In this document: piece after piece, positions 62,346 to 64,000 of the stretch | Position numbering within the stretch: position 1 is the first letter of the stretch | How the letters are laid out: each line of letters begins with the position of its first letter | Origin: an uncultured Gammaproteobacteria bacterium | GTDB lineage: Bacteria > Pseudomonadota > Gammaproteobacteria > JACCXJ01 | Length of the DNA: 64,000 nucleotides | Direction: 5' to 3' | Assembly: GCA_963764725.1 (NCBI GenBank) | Contig: CAVXTM010000002.1 | Location: forward strand, 128,001-192,000 | Made by a program: the position numbers and the translations under genes | The notes under the pieces: generated by a model | What the model was told of the DNA's origin: nothing | Database searches by the model: none | Seen by the model: only the letters and a program-made list of their open reading frames with translations

Positions 62346-63175
62346 GCGCGGTTGCTCCGATCCGGGTGGCGGTGGCGGGTGCGGCGGGGCGCATGGGCCG
62401 GACTCTGATCGAGGCCTGCCGCGACGCGCCGGATATCGAGCTTTGCGCCGCGCTCGAATGCGCGGGATCGCCCTATCTGGGACAGGATGCGGGGATCGTG
62501 GCGCGGGGCACGGGGCTCGGGCTCCCGATCACCCCACGATTGGAGGATGTCTTGAACGCATTCGATGTGCTGGTCGAATTCACCGCGCCGGGTGCGACCC
62601 TCCATCATCTCTCGCTCTGCCGCGCCGCCCGGCGGCGCATGGTGATCGGGACCACGGGCATCCCCGATGCTGGCTTGGCGGAGATTCAAGAGGCCGCTCA
62701 CGACTGCGCTATCGTGTTTGCCTCCAACATGAGCGTGGGCGTGAATCTCTGTTTTAAGCTATTAGAGACCGCTGCGCGCGCGCTGGGACCGGCCTATGAT
62801 GTAGAGATCATCGAGGCGCACCACCGGCAAAAAGCCGATGCTCCCTCGGGCACCGCGCTCGAGATGGGCAAGATTGTGGCGCGAGGCTTGAATCGCGATC
62901 TTGCCCAATGCGCGGTCTACGACCGCCGTAGCACGGCCGGGCCGCGTTCCGCAGAGGCCATCGGATTCGCGAGCATTCGCGCGAGCGATATCGTCGGTGA
63001 GCACACGGTGCTGTTCGCGGGCGCCGGGGAGCGCGTCGAGGTCGTGCACAAGGCCACCGACCGCGGCGTCTTCGCGCACGGCGCCTTGCGGGCGGCGCGG
63101 TGGATCTCGCGCCGTGAGCCTGGCTTATTCGACATGCAAGATGTCTTAGGTTTGCGGGCCGTCAATCCGCCCTAA
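62342..63175 (+). CDS. dapB: 4-hydroxy-tetrahydrodipicolinate reductase
   Basis: [27 protein letters not shown]. Confidence 0.97.
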   Translation: MSAVAPIRVAVAGAAGRMGRTLIEACRDAPDIELCAALECAGSPYLGQDAGIVARGTGLGLPITPRLEDVLNAFDVLVEFTAPGATLHHLSLCRAARRRMVIGTTGIPDAGLAEIQEAAHDCAIVFASNMSVGVNLCFKLLETAARALGPAYDVEIIEAHHRQKADAPSGTALEMGKIVARGLNRDLAQCAVYDRRSTAGPRSAEAIGFASIRASDIVGEHTVLFAGAGERVEVVHKATDRGVFAHGALRAARWISRREPGLFDMQDVLGLRAVNPP

Positions 63176-63271
63176 ACATTCATTTCCTCGCCCGTTTCCG
63201 TAACGGCGAGATCGGGGGGCATCACGCGTTGGAATCGCTAGGCTAGTTCAATACAATAGAAATCTCATTAG

Positions 63272-63302
63272 CGGGCGTTGCCGGCGGGTAACACCCGTTT
63301 TT
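63272..63302 (+). terminator. Terminator/attenuator-like hairpin in the carA leader
   Basis: CGGGCGTTGCC...GGTAACACCCG followed by TTTTT, about 20 nt before the carA ATG. Confidence 0.5.
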
Positions 63303-63323
63303 CACATGAACTGTTAAAAAACG

Positions 63324-64000
63324 ATGGAAAACGAACCTGCCCTGCTAGCCCTCGAGGACGGATCACTGTTTCATGGTGAGTCCATTGGCGTGACCGGCCG
63401 GGCGGTGGGCGAGGTCGTGTTCAACACGGCCATTACCGGCTACCAAGAAATCCTCACGGACCCATCGTATTATCAACAGATCGTCACGCTGACCTATCCC
63501 CACATCGGCAATGTGGGGGCGAATGAGAACGATGCCGAGTCGGCTCGGGTTTACGCCGCCGGGCTGGTGATCCGGGACTTGCCGCGAACGTGCAGCAACT
63601 GGCGCGCGCAGGTGTCGCTTCAGGACTATCTTGGACAGAACCGCGCGGTAGCCATTGGCACTGTCGACACCCGCAGGCTCGTGCGCATCTTGCGTGAGAA
63701 AGGTGCGCAGAATGGATGTATCGTGGCGGGGCACGGCATCGATACGCAAGCGGCGATCGCGGCCGCGAAATCGTTCCCCGGACTTGAGGCCGCCGATCTT
63801 GCTAAGGAAGTGACGACCGCGAGCCCGTACCATTGGCAAGACCCGAGTTACCGCTTCCATGACGATGAGGAACCGCGGAATGCGCCGGCGGCGGACCGGG
63901 CGCGGTATCAGATCGTCGCCTACGATTACGGCGTCAAGAAAAATATCCTGCGGCTGCTTACCGATCGCGGATGCAGAATAACGGTGGTGCCGGCTCAGAC
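63324..64000 (+). CDS. carA: Carbamoyl-phosphate synthase small subunit (runs off window)
   Basis: ALLALEDG...[21 protein letters not shown]...YPHIGNVG; [11 protein letters not shown]. Confidence 0.97.
   Translation, partial: MENEPALLALEDGSLFHGESIGVTGRAVGEVVFNTAITGYQEILTDPSYYQQIVTLTYPHIGNVGANENDAESARVYAAGLVIRDLPRTCSNWRAQVSLQDYLGQNRAVAIGTVDTRRLVRILREKGAQNGCIVAGHGIDTQAAIAAAKSFPGLEAADLAKEVTTASPYHWQDPSYRFHDDEEPRNAPAADRARYQIVAYDYGVKKNILRLLTDRGCRITVVPAQ

Noticed and set aside
1-64000. CRISPR array, tRNA or rRNA genes
   Set aside because: No regularly spaced repeat-spacer series or recognisable structural RNA gene seen; the 54-bp repeats near 23.8 kb are coding and have no spacers.

Overview
GC-rich, Gammaproteobacteria-like chromosomal window in two halves. 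The right half (~33-64 kb) is mostly core genome: split class II ribonucleotide reductase nrdJa/nrdJb, recN, nadK, DsbA-like protein, atypical response regulator facing a Hanks kinase, lemA, metH, an Mla/MCE-type ABC operon, mgtE, frameshifted degQ and hrcA-grpE-dnaK-dnaJ-dapB-carA, with CIRCE, sigma32 and NrdR sites. The left half (~1-33 kb) is a heavily remodelled accessory region on a recB...recD / sdhA-sdhB-sdhE backbone. It contains (i) scattered integron-type cassettes with attC sites but no integrase (DUF998, YcaC-like hydrolase, two HEPN-motif proteins, EVE-nuclease); (ii) nested, diverged duplications of core-gene 3' parts (recB; sdhB-sdhE) flanking cargo; (iii) a small MITE family with TGA/TCA target duplications; (iv) IS1380, ISKra4-like, IS110 and IS200 elements or remnants and a decayed group II intron; (v) many broken toxin/defence genes. 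The best candidate for an undescribed system is a tightly linked three-gene unit right after recD: multi-winged-helix protein, AAA+/P-loop ATPase, and a degenerate PD-(D/E)XK-like/FtsK-alpha-like protein (10346-14362). All family assignments come from motif recognition by eye; no database searches were run.
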